Shown: in pieces, positions 40,831 to 55,141 of the stretch
Layout of the letters: every line of letters begins with the position of its first letter
Numbering within the stretch: position 1 is the stretch's first letter
Origin: Bigelowiella natans CCMP2755
Taxonomy: Eukaryota; Protista; Cercozoa
DNA length: 64,000 nt
NCBI GenBank assembly: GCA_000320545.1
Contig: ADNK01003064.1
Span: 16,986 to 80,985 of the forward strand
Direction of reading: 5' to 3'
Made by a program: the position numbers and the translations under genes
Notes under the pieces: generated by a model
The model's database searches: none
What the model saw: only the letters and a program-made list of their open reading frames with translations
Told to the model about the DNA's origin: nothing

Positions 40831-40925
40831 ACTGTTGCATTTCTGTGGTAATTTTTGCACGGTACCTGTTTGGATGCAGAAGATTTAGGCACAGAGCCTC
40901 TTCCTGGATTACCCCCTTTTCCCAT
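38123..40925 (-). CDS. Membrane fatty-acid desaturase/hydroxylase-superfamily protein, 7 exons
   Basis: Three His boxes after splicing: FAHKEGH, TSHISIHH and EDDHLAHH, with hydrophobic segments between them. GT-AG introns with consistent phases from MGKGG... to ...KQRRT*. Confidence 0.85.
39837..40110. repeat. Three 88-bp tandem copies spanning a 5' splice site
   Basis: Units start at 39837, 39925 and 40013 and differ by 1-2 substitutions and by the number of GTAA units. On the minus strand each contains the (GTAA)n donor sequence. Confidence 0.95.
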
Positions 40926-41712
40926 AATTGGAACGAACCCTTAGAATGATGTTACAAGGAGATCCCTAAAATATTAAGAAAGTGTTCATTCTCTGAGAAG
41001 ATCCTGGCATATTATCAAATCAAAAGCGTTGCATGCCACTATTCTAACAGTATGATTTAACAGTTCTGAATTCATCCGGGTCATCATCCCCTCCCCCTTT
41101 TCTTTCTATGATTGAATAGATTACCCAAAACGATTACTGTTGATGGAGCCAGGGAGCGAGTGGCAGGAAGTCAGATAGACAGAGCAGAAATTATTCTTTG
41201 TGTGGGATAATTGCTTCCTTTTTATACTAGAGACATATATTTTTCTGTGTCGTATTTCTAAAGTTATCAAAGTTCGAATCAGAGTCCGGATGGTGCGAAG
41301 TGCTACTCGTATTGGTCGTGAAGCTCCTTGAAAAGGATGTCGCTCATTGATATGGAAGCTTGTTTTTTACTTTTATTCAGAATCATCTCCGCATCTCGGC
41401 CATGGAAATCCCAAAAACGTCGAAGAACCGGGTTTAGGCGGCAACGTGGCCATCGTCGCAAGGAAGAATGGCGTACTCGAAAAATTAATTTGCATGTGTG
41501 GAAATGATCGTAGTCACGTCGCCCTACGTATTAGTTAAATTGTTCCAACAAGCATTGATGACACCCAAGAAACACCAGGAAAAATGGGCCTATAATCGGT
41601 AGATGAAACCGACGACGACAACAATAACAACAACAACGACAACCCCAACAACTCCTGACAACAACAACAACAACAACAACAACAACATCATCTTCGGATA
41701 TTTGATTGTCCG

Positions 41713-42548
41713 ATGGGCGCTCAGTGTTCGCTCCAGTGCTCGCAATGGTTTCCCGTTCAGATCTCTATCGACACAAGGGACAGATTACCCAGCACCGGAA
41801 ATATGATCCCACGATTTGGCCTTGGAACTTGGCTAAGTGAGGGCAAAGGAGAGGCATACAATGTATTAAAAACAACTATCTTGAAAATGAAGCAGACTTA
41901 GCATCATCATCATCATCATCATCATCCTCCCTCAACACATCAGGCGGTTACAATTGCGCTTCGGAATGGATATAGGTATAAATGATGATGTTTTGCATTA
42001 GGCACCGATTGTCCCTGATGATGATGATGATGATGCACAATGGAAGTGTATACTAATATTGAAAAATAATAGATTGATCGACACAGCGGCATTATACAAC
42101 AATGAGGAGGACGTTGGAAGAGCTATCAAAGAAGTAGTAGTAGTTGTAGTGGTAGTAGTAGTAGTAGTAATAGCATTTCTAGCATTAGTATTAACATTTA
42201 GAGTAGCACATCATTGTCGAACGCAAATATTTGTTATGCGTTTTTTCCATAATCAGTCCAAAATTCCAAGGAATGAAATTTATGTGGTGACAAAGCTTGA
42301 CCCTGAAGAGCACAACAATCCTGTCAAGGTATTTCACTTCAAAATTCAAATAGTATTGGCTAATGAATGATAAGTTATGGTTTTTATTACATTATTGCAT
42401 GTTACTTAAATAAACATTTCTGGATTTTCTAGGGGAACATACATACATAATAATGACAAGTCAGATTATAGCTTTAGTTTTCAGCGAAACCGATGGGTAT
42501 CTATCCATTCTTTTAAATCTACCAAATTATTTGTATATCTCTACAACA

Positions 42549-42584
<36 letters not shown>

Positions 42585-42882
42585 GCTATCATCCTTGTCG
42601 GTAATTTTTATCAGGCGTTGAAAGTGTCTTTACGCAAACTAGGCCTTGAATATGTGGACCTCTATCTCATTCATTCGCCGAAAGGAAAACAGGTATTTAT
42701 TTATAATGATACTAATTATAGTAAATTTATCATGATTTACTTTTTCTTCTGATGGATGGATATTAAAAGTAGTATAAAAACAACACTATCAAAGGTACTC
42801 AACGCATGGAATGCCTTGATTAAGGCCAAGGAAAAAGGCCTCGCGAAGGACATTGGGGTGAGTCATCTTGTCGTACAAACGC

Positions 42883-42925
<43 letters not shown>

Positions 42926-44488
42926 TGTATTATATCTGGCGCATAAATATTTCCAGGGTTGTTTTATACTACTTCTACAACACTACTGCTACTTAGTAGA
43001 AGTACTAACTACTCTCTGCTGTAATAAGAAGACCCCACTCACTCCTAGTGAGGGAAGATTTCATCATGATATATTTTGCACCACATGCACACATAATAGT
43101 ACACACTACATAGTAACACGAACAGCCGCATGATATTAATGTATTATCAATTTACATCATCATCATCATCATCGTCATTATTATCATAATCTCTCATTGT
43201 TAATATCTTGAAGGTGTCCAACTTTGGAGTAGAGCAGCTGGAAAAGCTGAGACAATCAGGGTGATAATAACTAATTATAATGATCATGATCATGATATTC
43301 AAATTATTTGAAAATATTTGAATTTATATCAGCATGAAGAGATTCTCAATAAGCATTATATAAATATATATTTTTTCATTTAAATATAATATTAAATAAT
43401 GTTTATTATTGGGCTGTTAAAGGTACTACTGCTTGATTCATCTTCCTTTCCATCATCCATCCCCCATTCCCCCCCCCATTCTCCTCAATTTACCGTTTTT
43501 GCCAGTTGTTCAGAAATGCCTGCAGTAAACCAGATCGAGCTACATTTGTGGAACCAACAAAACGAGGTAGGTAGGTAGGTAAGGTAGTAGGTTGTTTGCC
43601 TAAGACGTACGGCTTGTAGTGATGATGCTCACCCAATGCTGCTGCTGCTGCTTCCATGAAATCAAGGAAGTAAAGCTTGACAAATGATGATGTGCCTCAT
43701 CCTGCAGCATCGTCGTCATCATGCATCATAATTGAATACCCACACTACTACTACTACTATTGCTGCTGCTACTACTACTACTACTACTACTACTACAGAC
43801 TATCAAGTACTTGAAGGAAAACAAGATTGCTGTCATGGGCTATTGTCCCTTGGGTTGTTTTGTTTTGATTGAATGGATGCTGCCAATATGTACTACCAGT
43901 ATGTAGTATTTGTATATCACTTTTTACTAGTTTGTGATGCATCGATCGATGATGGTGGTGGTGGTGGTGATGATGATGATGATGCGTATTTTACATCATC
44001 ATCATCATTATCATCATCATCACCACCATCACCACCATCACTGCGCACACTCCAACCATCCATCAATACTTCACCACCACCTGTATAATACTAATAGTGT
44101 AGCAGTAGTAACAATTTGATGTTTTCATTTATTATTAAGGACGTTTGAAGCGTTTAAACTCTTCATCTTTGGTTGATGACGTAATACTTTAAATTTAATA
44201 CTAGGTGCTAGTAAGTAATAGTAGTAGTAGTAGTAGTAGTAGTAGTCGTGGTTGCATTAGTGATCCTATGTGTATTCCTCTTCGTCGGAGAGTGATGATG
44301 AGTCAGTCATCATCTTGCATTTCAGAGATGCAGGCCGTCCTTATCATTTCCCATCATCATCATCATCATCATCATCATTAAATGTCAATCAAATATTCAC
44401 AACACCTTTTGCATGATTATGCGAAATAATCACTAGGTTGCAAAGAAGTGCAATCTTACTGTGCCTCAAGTAAGAGTAGTAGTAGTAA

Positions 44489-44520
<32 letters not shown>

Positions 44521-44641
44521 TTGGCCGATTTACACACTAATATAAACTATTCAATGATGAAAATAATGATAATAAAAGATTATTAGGCTTTGAACGAAGT
44601 AAATGCAGTCGTTGCTGCAATATACTCTGTTGATTGCTTGA

Positions 44642-44683
<42 letters not shown>

Positions 44684-44852
44684 CCTCACTCTCAGCTTGC
44701 TATTCGATGGTCTGTTCAGAAAGGCTATATTACTATACCTAAGGTGTGACTGTAAATAAATAATAATATCGACTAACACTAGGATGTTACGAGACCATAT
44801 TTATATTTTTTGATGATGTTTGTGTGAGGAGTGTGCGTATCAGTAGTAATTA

Positions 44853-44884
<32 letters not shown>

Positions 44885-45446
44885 TCTTTAAGAAGAAAGA
44901 AATACCTCTGTGCGCTACTTGCTTGTCAGTGAGTATTATTGCCTCGTTCTTCTGTGTATTTGTGTCTATCTCTAGAGCTCAAACGAGAATCGTATCAAGG
45001 AGAACTCCAATATTTTTGGAAAATGCAGAATTCCGGTAATAAAGCGGGGTAAGAGAAGGAGCGAACAATTTGATGTGAAAAGAAAGAACAAGCATAGAAA
45101 ATATATAAGCAATATTAGTATACATTATATTCAGAAGATAAGTGCATTTTATGCGTAAATATGATGTTCCCTATTAAATACGCTTGCAACTACGTAAATA
45201 TATTTCCTATAGTGTACTCATGCAATAAGGGCACATACACACACACTCACTCACTCACTCACTCACACCACACACCACACACATAAATTTACACCTCACG
45301 CAATACACAAATATGCTCATATGTGTGTTAAATCATGATTAACTGTGTAGAAACATATGATGGAGGAATTAGAGAAAGTGGACGAGGGCTTCGAGGCATC
45401 AAACTCCGTTAAAAGCATGAATATACCATGGGAAGATGTTAAATAG
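41713..45446 (+). CDS. Aldo-keto reductase (AKR; 2,5-DKG-reductase-like), ~14 exons
   Basis: MIPRFGLGTW, GYR/LIDTAALYNNEEDVGRAI, RNEIYVVTKL, SLRKLGLEYVDLYLIHSP, AKDIG/VSNF, PAVNQIELH, MGYCPLG, AIRWSVQKG..IPK/SSNENRIKEN. The catalytic D/Y/K/H tetrad is present. Confidence 0.95.
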
Positions 45447-45925
45447 TAGTAACAACGACAAAAGATACGTGCGCGTGTAAGAAGAATCTGGGTTGTTCCC
45501 GGGAAATCTTCCATGTTCCCGGGAAATCTTCCATGCAATCATGTAATGTAACGCATCCGCGCGCGGCTGCATAGGAGAGAAAACTTCTTGTTTGCAAATT
45601 TGCTAGCAGTGTATGTAAAAGTGCATGCATGCGTACGACGTGCGACAACTGCTTCAATAATGAATCAAATCAAAATGCACTACTTCCATGTGCGTGTAGG
45701 AATGTTATATGTTGCTAACTTATTCATCTAGACTAATCTAGTAATCACTGAGGCGGTATCGTATGAATAATGAGCGCCAATATATACCAAATTCGCAAAC
45801 AACGATGAGTCAGCTAAATCCCAGCTGCTTTAGCAGTCTTAAAGCAGTTTTAAAGCAGCATAGAGGTGAACGAGCCAAATCGATAAAAGTCATGATGATG
45901 ATTATGCATAATAACCACTCCGTAC

Positions 45926-46761
45926 TTATCTTACACCAAGGCGGCTAGGAAGTCGGTGCTGCACTGTATGAGGGGGGGGCTGTAGAGCATGTTGCGGGCC
46001 AAGTCTTTGTGCTGTGTACTTATGGAACGATCGCATGCACAAGTGGTGCAGCCGCATCTGTGTCTGCTGATAGGCGTAACGTCTCAAGTTGCTCAGAGGG
46101 CTTGGGCGCCATGGTTGAGGTTCAACTCCTGGTGGAACTTTGAGCGACAATGCCTCTGCGACAGTCGTTGGAGGTTTTTTCGTTGAGAAAAGACTCTTCG
46201 AGCGCTCGTGTTCTCGGATTGCTTTGCTCAATGGTGCGGGTGTACCGGCGATTCTCGAACGAAAACCGTCTAAACGTGTGCGAAATTCCCCTGGAACTAA
46301 GAGATGGAGGAGTGTCTCATTAGAGAGGGAAAGAAAGAAAGAAAGAAAGAGGCGAAAGAGATACAATAATGGGGAGGGACAGTCTGCGGAGGATGGTTTT
46401 GCGAGCCGTTATAATAAGGCATTGTTTATTGGGTATCGTGTTGTAGAAATGCATTTGAAGACTCATTCTTGTGCAGCAGCTTGTTAAAGGATTGCATTGT
46501 AAACATTATTTTATGGTGCTACTTTATGGTACCTATCTTATCCCCAGTTCCAGCTAGTGAAAATGGTGCGCGGAGGCTTCGGAGTAAAAGATAACGAATA
46601 AATTGTGAGGAGGCATGCGGAGTCAGCAGCATCATCATCATCCATTTTCAGCAAGATAAAGTGATAAGATTGCATCAATTTAGGTGTCATCTTATAACCA
46701 AACTTATTACCATAACGGTAATTAAATACTCTGTGTGCGAGACTACAAAGCATCACTTTTG

Positions 46762-46795
<34 letters not shown>

Positions 46796-46999
46796 TGTGT
46801 TGATGATGTGTAGGTAGGTATTGGTTGTTGTTCACGTAGTCGTTGCCGTCATCCATGTACTAATAGTATATGATGTTGTAATACTCGAATGCTAAAGTGC
46901 CCGATTCCGGCCTATCTGCCAACAAACCACCTTCTACTCTGTACCACCATCCCCCACCCTACAATCACACACCGTCACATACGCGCACACACAAAGTGG

Positions 47000-47055
<56 letters not shown>

Positions 47056-47604
47056 AAAGAGGAGGAGAAAGAGAACATATATATTCTACACCATGCATGT
47101 ATGCATTGTGTGTGTGTATGTGTTTGTGTGTGTGTGTGCGTGTCGCTGTCAAGGATTTGAAGGATTTTGAGCACATAATATCGAACTACTAATAAGCTGC
47201 CCGATACATGCTGATATTGTTAACGATAAATAACAACATAATACGCTTATCAACATGCAATAACGTTTTTTTATAAGTCTCTCTCTTCTTGGTGGTTTTA
47301 GTAGTCACCACCTTTCTTGCTCTTCTCAGTGGCGAGAATGTGAGCAACTTCACATTAAGAAAAGGGACGCAAAGGGATGCCTGGTCACATTCAAACAAAA
47401 TTGTTCCTTATGTTCTACTCGATCATTGTTGTATTGGAGTCACAACTGATCAACTACTACTACTACTACTACTACTTATTTTTTTACTTACCCTCCCTGA
47501 AGCGTCTGTTTTAAGGGACAGAAACGGCATAAAGTTAGATGTGAGCCACTTAGGGTAGTCGCTAGCAATCTTCCATGTCAACTGTAGTGGTAGTAGTAGT
47601 AGTG

Positions 47605-47643
<39 letters not shown>

Positions 47644-48244
47644 AATTGGGTTGTGATGTTGAACAAGTTGTTGTTGCTATCCTAGAGCTTCTTTCCCCTG
47701 ACCACTCTTGAAGTTATGATGATACCACCTCTGCGGTAATTATGACTGTATCGCTCAACAGTTGCTCCATTATTTATTTGAAGTAAAAAATGAGAAGAGA
47801 ACATGCATCACCTCGTCGATATTATCACTCATGATCCTTACAGGCAACTTGGATCTCTCACGTGAGAAGCCTAAATAATGGTGAATAATAGCTGGATAAT
47901 AATGATAACAATGATCCCTCTTTCCGCTATCCAACTCATAATTTTTAGAGAGAAAAAATGAGCAAAATAGCTACGAACCAAGATTTTCATTGTCCATCCA
48001 TGAACGTGCCTCCCATTGCATCCGTTTATTACTGATGATAATAAAGCAAATATTGTTTATAATTATCTTTATCCCATCCACGGAGATTATTTGCTCAAAA
48101 TATGACGAAAGTAGAATCCCCCTTGTGCTCCCCTGACTTTTACGTTTGTCGGATGGTTATCGTAGCCACCAAGAAGAAAATGACCGCTAGAGCCGCTGTG
48201 ATTCCGGGGCACAACGAAGCAGCCTGGGCGCCATTGAAGCCCAT
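45926..48244 (-). CDS. Hypothetical multi-exon protein with an N-terminal hydrophobic (signal-like) segment
   Basis: First exon MGFNGAQAASLCPGITAALAVIFFLVATITIRQT|gtaaaa. Phase-consistent exons follow (NKRMQWEARSW.., GFSRERSKLP, ..LRAPFSLAGTGDKI), then a long last exon GEFRTRLDGFRSRIAG... The middle exons are ambiguous. Confidence 0.5.
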
Positions 48245-48645
48245 GATGCAAATCGCAAGGTGGCAGGATCAGTATTTAGATAAACGATAAAGGTAAGGAG
48301 AAGAAGAGGTGGAAGGTGGAATGGATGTTGAGCAGTGTGGGAGGCGATGAATTGCAAAATGGGGGAGGGAGATGGATTATGAGTTGGATGCTTGAATCGG
48401 TCGGCATTCCCCAATTCTTTCCCATTATACAACAATTACTAGATTAAAATAGTTAAAATCTTATGTCGTTCATAGAAAACACATGTCATTTTTTAACAGA
48501 ATCAACCAAAAGAATACTTAAGGGGCTAAATTCTCATGTCGTACAAAGAAAACACAGGACATTTTCATCAAAATCAACAAAAAGAAGAAAAAGAATATAA
48601 TAGCAGCCTGCCTCCATTAGTCAAGGACCACCACCATTCGAAATA

Positions 48646-49250
48646 ATGTCGTACTCCATTATTGATAGAGACGTAGGGCCTGATCCAAACTATAAACCTC
48701 CCCCTAAGGTAGTAAGTACTGCTAGGTCTTTCATTCTTGACATTATAGAGGGAGGGAGAGAGAGAGAGAGAGACTTGATAAAGAACCGATCGTACGGGCT
48801 ATTGATGTCACCGGATGTGTTTCTTCTGCTTGCTTGCAGGGGATGTATAGAGGAAAGTATGAGGAATGCTACAGTTTTTACGAAGCCTATAATAAATGCC
48901 ACAAGGAGGTAGCTAAGTAAATTGCAAGAAGAAATAAGACAATAGAACGAAAACACCTCGCTCTTTGTCGTCGTTGTCTTTATTGTTGGAATAGAACAAA
49001 GTTTCAAGGCTTCTCGGAGCGTGTAGTCCCCAGAAATCAGCTGTTGATAAGTGTAATCAAGAGCAGGTACATATTTGATATGTTTTCCCAGCCGGCATTC
49101 TGACAGTAAACCCTTTAAATAACGGTACATTAGCTGCACAGGCGACGCAGAGAAGGTGCTGAGAAGGCCAGGATAAAGAATGCGAAATGGAATGAATACT
49201 ACAATGCTAAAAGGAAGAAGGAAATGGTTATTGAAACGAAAAAGGAATAG
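48646..49250 (+). CDS. CMC2: Twin CX9C mitochondrial intermembrane-space protein, CMC2-like (COX assembly), 4 exons
   Basis: Spliced: MSYSII...PPPK/GMYRGKYEECYSFYEAYNKCHKE/NKVSRLLGACSPQKSAVDKCNQEQ/LHRRRREGAEKAR...KE*. Two C-x9-C motifs with the CMC2-type CH..N..x.L.G.C linker. Confidence 0.75.
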
Positions 49251-49525
49251 ATGAACGGCCTAAAGTTCATACAGATAGATGCTGGACCGTCATTTTAATC
49301 TGATTAAGGCTGCAAACCCATCAAGTCTTTTCGCATATCAGTGTTGCACCTTGTTTGATGGGCAAATAAGTAAAAGCTAAGGCCCAACATATTAGAAACT
49401 CGTCGTGCAATTACATTGTAGCTTTATTGTATGCTACATTACCAAGTTCGATCGCCAATGGCTATGAACGTTGTTCAACAGAAACATAGGTATAGTGATA
49501 TGTGATGTTATGTGTGTATATTCAC

Positions 49526-49561
<36 letters not shown>

Positions 49562-50549
49562 GATAACTAGATGAGTGGCGTGAAAACACCTCCTTATATC
49601 CTAGACCTCGATCGATCGCCCAAACTTATGAAATATCTCGTAATAATAAATGATTTCTCGGTGCACCCCTGCGGGGTTAGTTATGCAGCGCCATGCCCCA
49701 CAAAACACACTCTACCGGCAGCTATAGCCAAAAGAAAAATTCTCTATTTTTTATAAATTACAATTTATAGATTATTGGGTATAGAGCCTTTGTCTATCAT
49801 GATTTTTCATTTTGGCGTGCCCCTTGCATGACTGAATGAGCTGCGCATTGCAGTTTCTAGCTGCGACGTGTGTGAGGCCTGCATGCCTCTAGAATTTAGC
49901 AAGGTGAGATTTGGAAGAATTCAATTTTTTGGTTGATCCTGAATAAAGCCAAAGAGCTTTCAGGAGCACGTCTTCAATATACTAGTATCAGCGGCGCATG
50001 CCGCAATGCAAACAACTTGCAAGCATGATGGTTTAATTAGCGCACTGTCTCAGCACCACGTGCGCCAAAATCGATCATGTGTGTTGCACACCACTGCACT
50101 GCAATTGTGCATAATTACACGAGGCGGTGTAGTAGCACCATGAGCCAAAACTAGAAAAGCAGCATGTCCAGATGGTCATGCAAACGCAGAGTAGTGGCAT
50201 GATTTTCACTGTAGCTGCAGATCCCGACATGATACTCAGAAGTCATCAAATTACTGCTGTTGTATGGGCTGTGTCTTTGATGGACATTATTACTGTAAAG
50301 ACATAGCTATGTGTGCTACTGCTCACTGAGTACCCGTCTTTCAACAACCACTCCTAAGGCAAACAAACACACAATATTTGCCACTGAAGACCAGGATATT
50401 TTATTTATTATGAGTATTCATCATTCAAATACGATTAAGCCAAAAATACTAATCTGTACACAAAAATTTGTCATAACTTCTCGAATCTTTACTTATAGAT
50501 TGCAAAATATTACAGCTACCAACCTGAAATCTGGACGCTGATTTTGCTG

Positions 50550-52071
50550 TCTCTATTCAAACTGACCGCTGATTTGACGTCTAAGGCTATTGGTACTGGA
50601 GGAGCTGTGCACAATCACAATAGAAGGCATTTTTACCATTGAAATGAGTTGTACTAGATATGATACTACAAGAAATACAAACATTTCACGAGTGAAAGCA
50701 TTGAAGTTATTGCTGGTTTAGCACGGAAAGAGTAATTTAAAAACCTACAGCTACCTGTTGGAATAAATGTGGGTAAAAATACATACACGACTCAATCTCT
50801 CTCTGTCTCTCTCTCTCTCTCTATTATAGTTTCCTACTTGGAACTTTGCCAGCCGACCTTTGGAACTTGTTGTTTCTCCTAAGGATGATGGTGTAAAAAC
50901 AACAACAACAAAAGTTGGTTATACACCGTATTCTAGTCGGAAAAGCGTATGAATATGGAATTGAAACTTACGAAGTAAATGAAGATTTCTTTGAGAGACC
51001 ATTATTGAATAACGCTGATCTATTCTTGGAAAATCTAGAGTTTCCGTCCCTAATATTGACAAATTTAAATGCTTTTATTCCTAACAATTATTATTATTCT
51101 TGATGTCACTAGTAGTTGTCATTATGACCGTGATCCTCGAGAATCATTCAATTCCGATTTAGTTCTAGATCTCCAAGATATCTTGATGATGATGACAATA
51201 AATATGACAATTATCTACCCATCCAACTTTATTTTAGTTACTACACAAATGCCGATTTTTTAGTTGTATCATCAGATGGGATTAACATGTCATTCGTTAA
51301 TCGTGTGTATTGAAGGACACACGTAGGCCATCATCAACCTGAGTAATTCCAACTGACATGCCAACCTAGTATTTTGTCGGTTCATCCGTAGTAGTAGTAG
51401 TAATAGTAGCAGTACAAGTAATGTTAACGATGATGATAACCTCTTCTTTGTAACGTAACACACAATAATATTCTATACTAGAGTTAGTGTCCATTATTCA
51501 GCCATACCCCCATGCAAAGCATTCCTACTTGATGGAGACAAGTGATAATAATCTGACGATGACGACACAGTGGTAGTAGCAAACGTTACTTGTTAATAAG
51601 TTGTGCTCAGTCATTTATTTGTACATCACTCATCAGCAGCAACTAGCTATTATTGATGGGTGGTGTGGTTGGCTAGCAGTAGTAAGTAGTAGCTCTCTCT
51701 GACAGAAAGAAGGGTGATAAGATTATAAGTGCAGTAGTAGTAGTAGTAGTAGTTGAAGTAGTACATGATATGTGACTAGCAGTACTACTAGATGTAGATT
51801 ATAGTAGCACCTCTGCCAAAAGGGTGATATAATTAGAGTAGAGCATATGAAGGATCCCAAGGGCCAGCAATAACATTGAGTACCTGATGGGAAGGAGAGA
51901 GAAGAAGAAGGTGGATAATAAGGAAGAGGAAAACATCCTTATTTATCATACTGAATAATACTAGTTGTATCATCTTACATCCCCAATCCGATGAGAATTA
52001 CATAAATAACACAGTATATCCTGAGAGAAAGAAAAAAGATTATCATCGAATGAAATGTATTTATTCCATGA

Positions 52072-52109
<38 letters not shown>

Positions 52110-53806
52110 TATATACATAGATACATATATTTATACATTGTATTCCGACACATCCTTTGTTACTCCTAAATTGACCAATTACATGTTTAGTTTTTCTGCT
52201 GTGTCGGAACCCTTCTCCAGATGAGCGAAACTTTGAAGAATATGGTAAATGATGTGAGTTTAATTCTATTAGTATGAATATAATAAATTATGTTGCAAAA
52301 ATGGACATTTATGGCATTAATAATAAAAGTGTGCTGATAATGAAGAAGAAGAAGAAGAAGATTTAAAATATACATGCTGCAAGAGGCTCTGTACACACCC
52401 TCCTCCTCCTCCTCCTCCTCAATCAGCATGTCACTTTAACTTTAGTAGTGTCACCACGTTCACTAATACTATTCTTATTTCTACTGTTACTACTACATTT
52501 TGTTTAATTTCTTTAACACATAATACGTTCCTAGTAAAAGATGATAACACAAATTATTATGGGTAATATTACGATGAAAATCAACATCAAATTGTAGAGG
52601 GGCGACGGAGAAGTCAACGACATCGCAGAAGGAGGAGGAGGAGGAGGAGGAGTAGGAGTACATATCTGAAGAAACAGGGTATGTAACAACTGATATAGTG
52701 ATACACAGCGCAGCACACAATTCTCCATGCAATCTATTCATATAATCCACCACTGAAGAGATATACAGCGCAACACATCCATGCAAACCACTGGTACTCG
52801 GAATTGGATGGCCTGATGATGATATCAAGGAACAAAACATGAATATAGACGAATCGAGCTCAAATTGCAACACATCATTATCTGGAGGGTTGCAATAACA
52901 CCATACAACAACGCATCGGTCAGAAACATGTAAATAGAAGCAGCACATATCAGCATTATTATTGTACACCTGCGTTCAGGTCGGTAAGCTATATATCTTC
53001 TACATATATTTCCATAGACTGCTGCTGCTGCTGCTGCTGCTGCATTTTGATCTTACCAGTCTTCGTTTAGACCGTCGATGGTAGAGATTACAATGAAGAT
53101 AATAAGCCACACTATATTCAGAATGCTTACTCGCACTCTTTTTTTCTGGTAAAACAAATTCTGGTTGTTTCAATGCCGTTGAACCACAACGACTACTGCT
53201 TATATGATGACTGCATTTACATGTGAAAATATATAATCGCCCGAAGCATGAAGAAATATGGTAAACAAAACGACGATATAAAATAACATATTAATAGAAA
53301 ATGGTAATTCTGAAGAAGAAGAAGGAATAAGTGTAGGTAGTTACCTTAAAGGAGTTGTGGTTAAATCCATCAAGCAGGGCCTACAATGCAATGAAGATAA
53401 AGAGGTGACAGAAGGAGTAGTAAGAGGGTGTGTATATGTGTGTATAAGTATGTATGTATGTATGTATGTATGTGTGTGAGAGAGAAAGAGAGGGGGAGGG
53501 GGGGGGGGGAGGGGGAGAAAGATGAGAAATGACTCAAGTCCCCAACCACTTTCGTCTTACTGATTGTATAAATACAACGAGATAAATACATCCAGAATTA
53601 TTCGCTATCAAGGCACAAGCACTATTTATAATCCATAATCTCTTCTTGTCTGTTAATTCCATTACCAATATGAAATACGTTAGTGCAAAGCAGCCACAGA
53701 GCCTGATCACACCGTATTATTATTCTCGATAAGCTGTGGTGTCACTAGGAAGAAAAGGTTACAAACAGGAGAGAACGATATCTATATCTATATAAATAAA
53801 TAAATA

Positions 53807-53847
<41 letters not shown>

Positions 53848-55106
53848 GGGAATCTTAGAATAGCTTGCTTCTGGGTTTAATCTTCTTCTACTTGTTGTTG
53901 TTGATTATGATTAAATATGTTCACCAGACACTATGCCATAGAAGTTCCATTAATATTGGATGAAAGTATTCATCTGATTTAGTACCGAGGATTATCCCTC
54001 CCTATGTAGAATAATAAGTTTTACCACACCATTAAAAAGTATATGAAATATAATGATTTTCATTTCCATAAAAAAAAATCAAGAGAAGCTACTAAGAAAT
54101 CCTGTGGTAGAAATGATAGAAGAACCATCACCATTAAAAAGTATATGAAGTATAGTGATTCTCATTTCCATAAAAAAAACTCTAGAGCAGTTACTATATG
54201 ATGTCATCATCTATCCACGATGCATTACCACAACACGGATGCTGCATGCCAGACCCCATAGATTCAATACGCGAATCAAAAGCTTTGGCCTAGAACAAAA
54301 TTAGGGCGATAATATTGATATTAAAGGCCAAGGGAATCTGAGGGGAGTAGTAAGATTGCATGGTATAATTACGAGAATAATCATCTCATTGCTGTTTGTT
54401 TACCATTGTGGTGTGTACACACTGAGCTACTACTACTACTACTACCTGTTTTGCATACTTTCACTGATATTCTGTGCTATCATCCCCATACCAACAACCT
54501 AATATGTAATAGTACCGATAACTTATACGGTAGTGTCCCTTTTATTATCAGAAATCGTCGTAGTTGCAATAATACTGACTGACCCCATACAGCACAGTCC
54601 ATGTAATCCACATCTTCTTGCCTAAATATATGTTTGTTTGGTAAGAACCCATCAACTTCAATCGCTATTATTTAAATCAAAGAGGGGAACTACATGTATC
54701 CTTCTCCTCCGGAGCTTCGCACCGTCCACACTGAACTCGAAAGTCGCATGATGACGCCATTGTTGCCTCCTCCTTCTTTTCTTGTTTGCGTTTCCAAACT
54801 TATCAATGTATTGTTCAGTTCTACGCAAATGGTAAATGATGATCCCATCGTAGAAGAAGTAATAACAATCATCATGTTCGGATGTATGATGTGGGCTGTG
54901 AGTCGTACGTATACGTAGTAGTAGTAAGAAACACAAAACCAGGAGGGAAACCTAGGAAAACAGGCTTACATCTATTGACGCAGGAACAAAAACCATTGTG
55001 AAATCAAGTAAGCGGTTTCGTTGTCAATGTGTCTCCTTACAAGTAGTACTGCGTTATTATCATTATTATCATGTCTCATCATGGATCTAGACTACCACAT
55101 GTTCTC

Positions 55107-55141
<35 letters not shown>

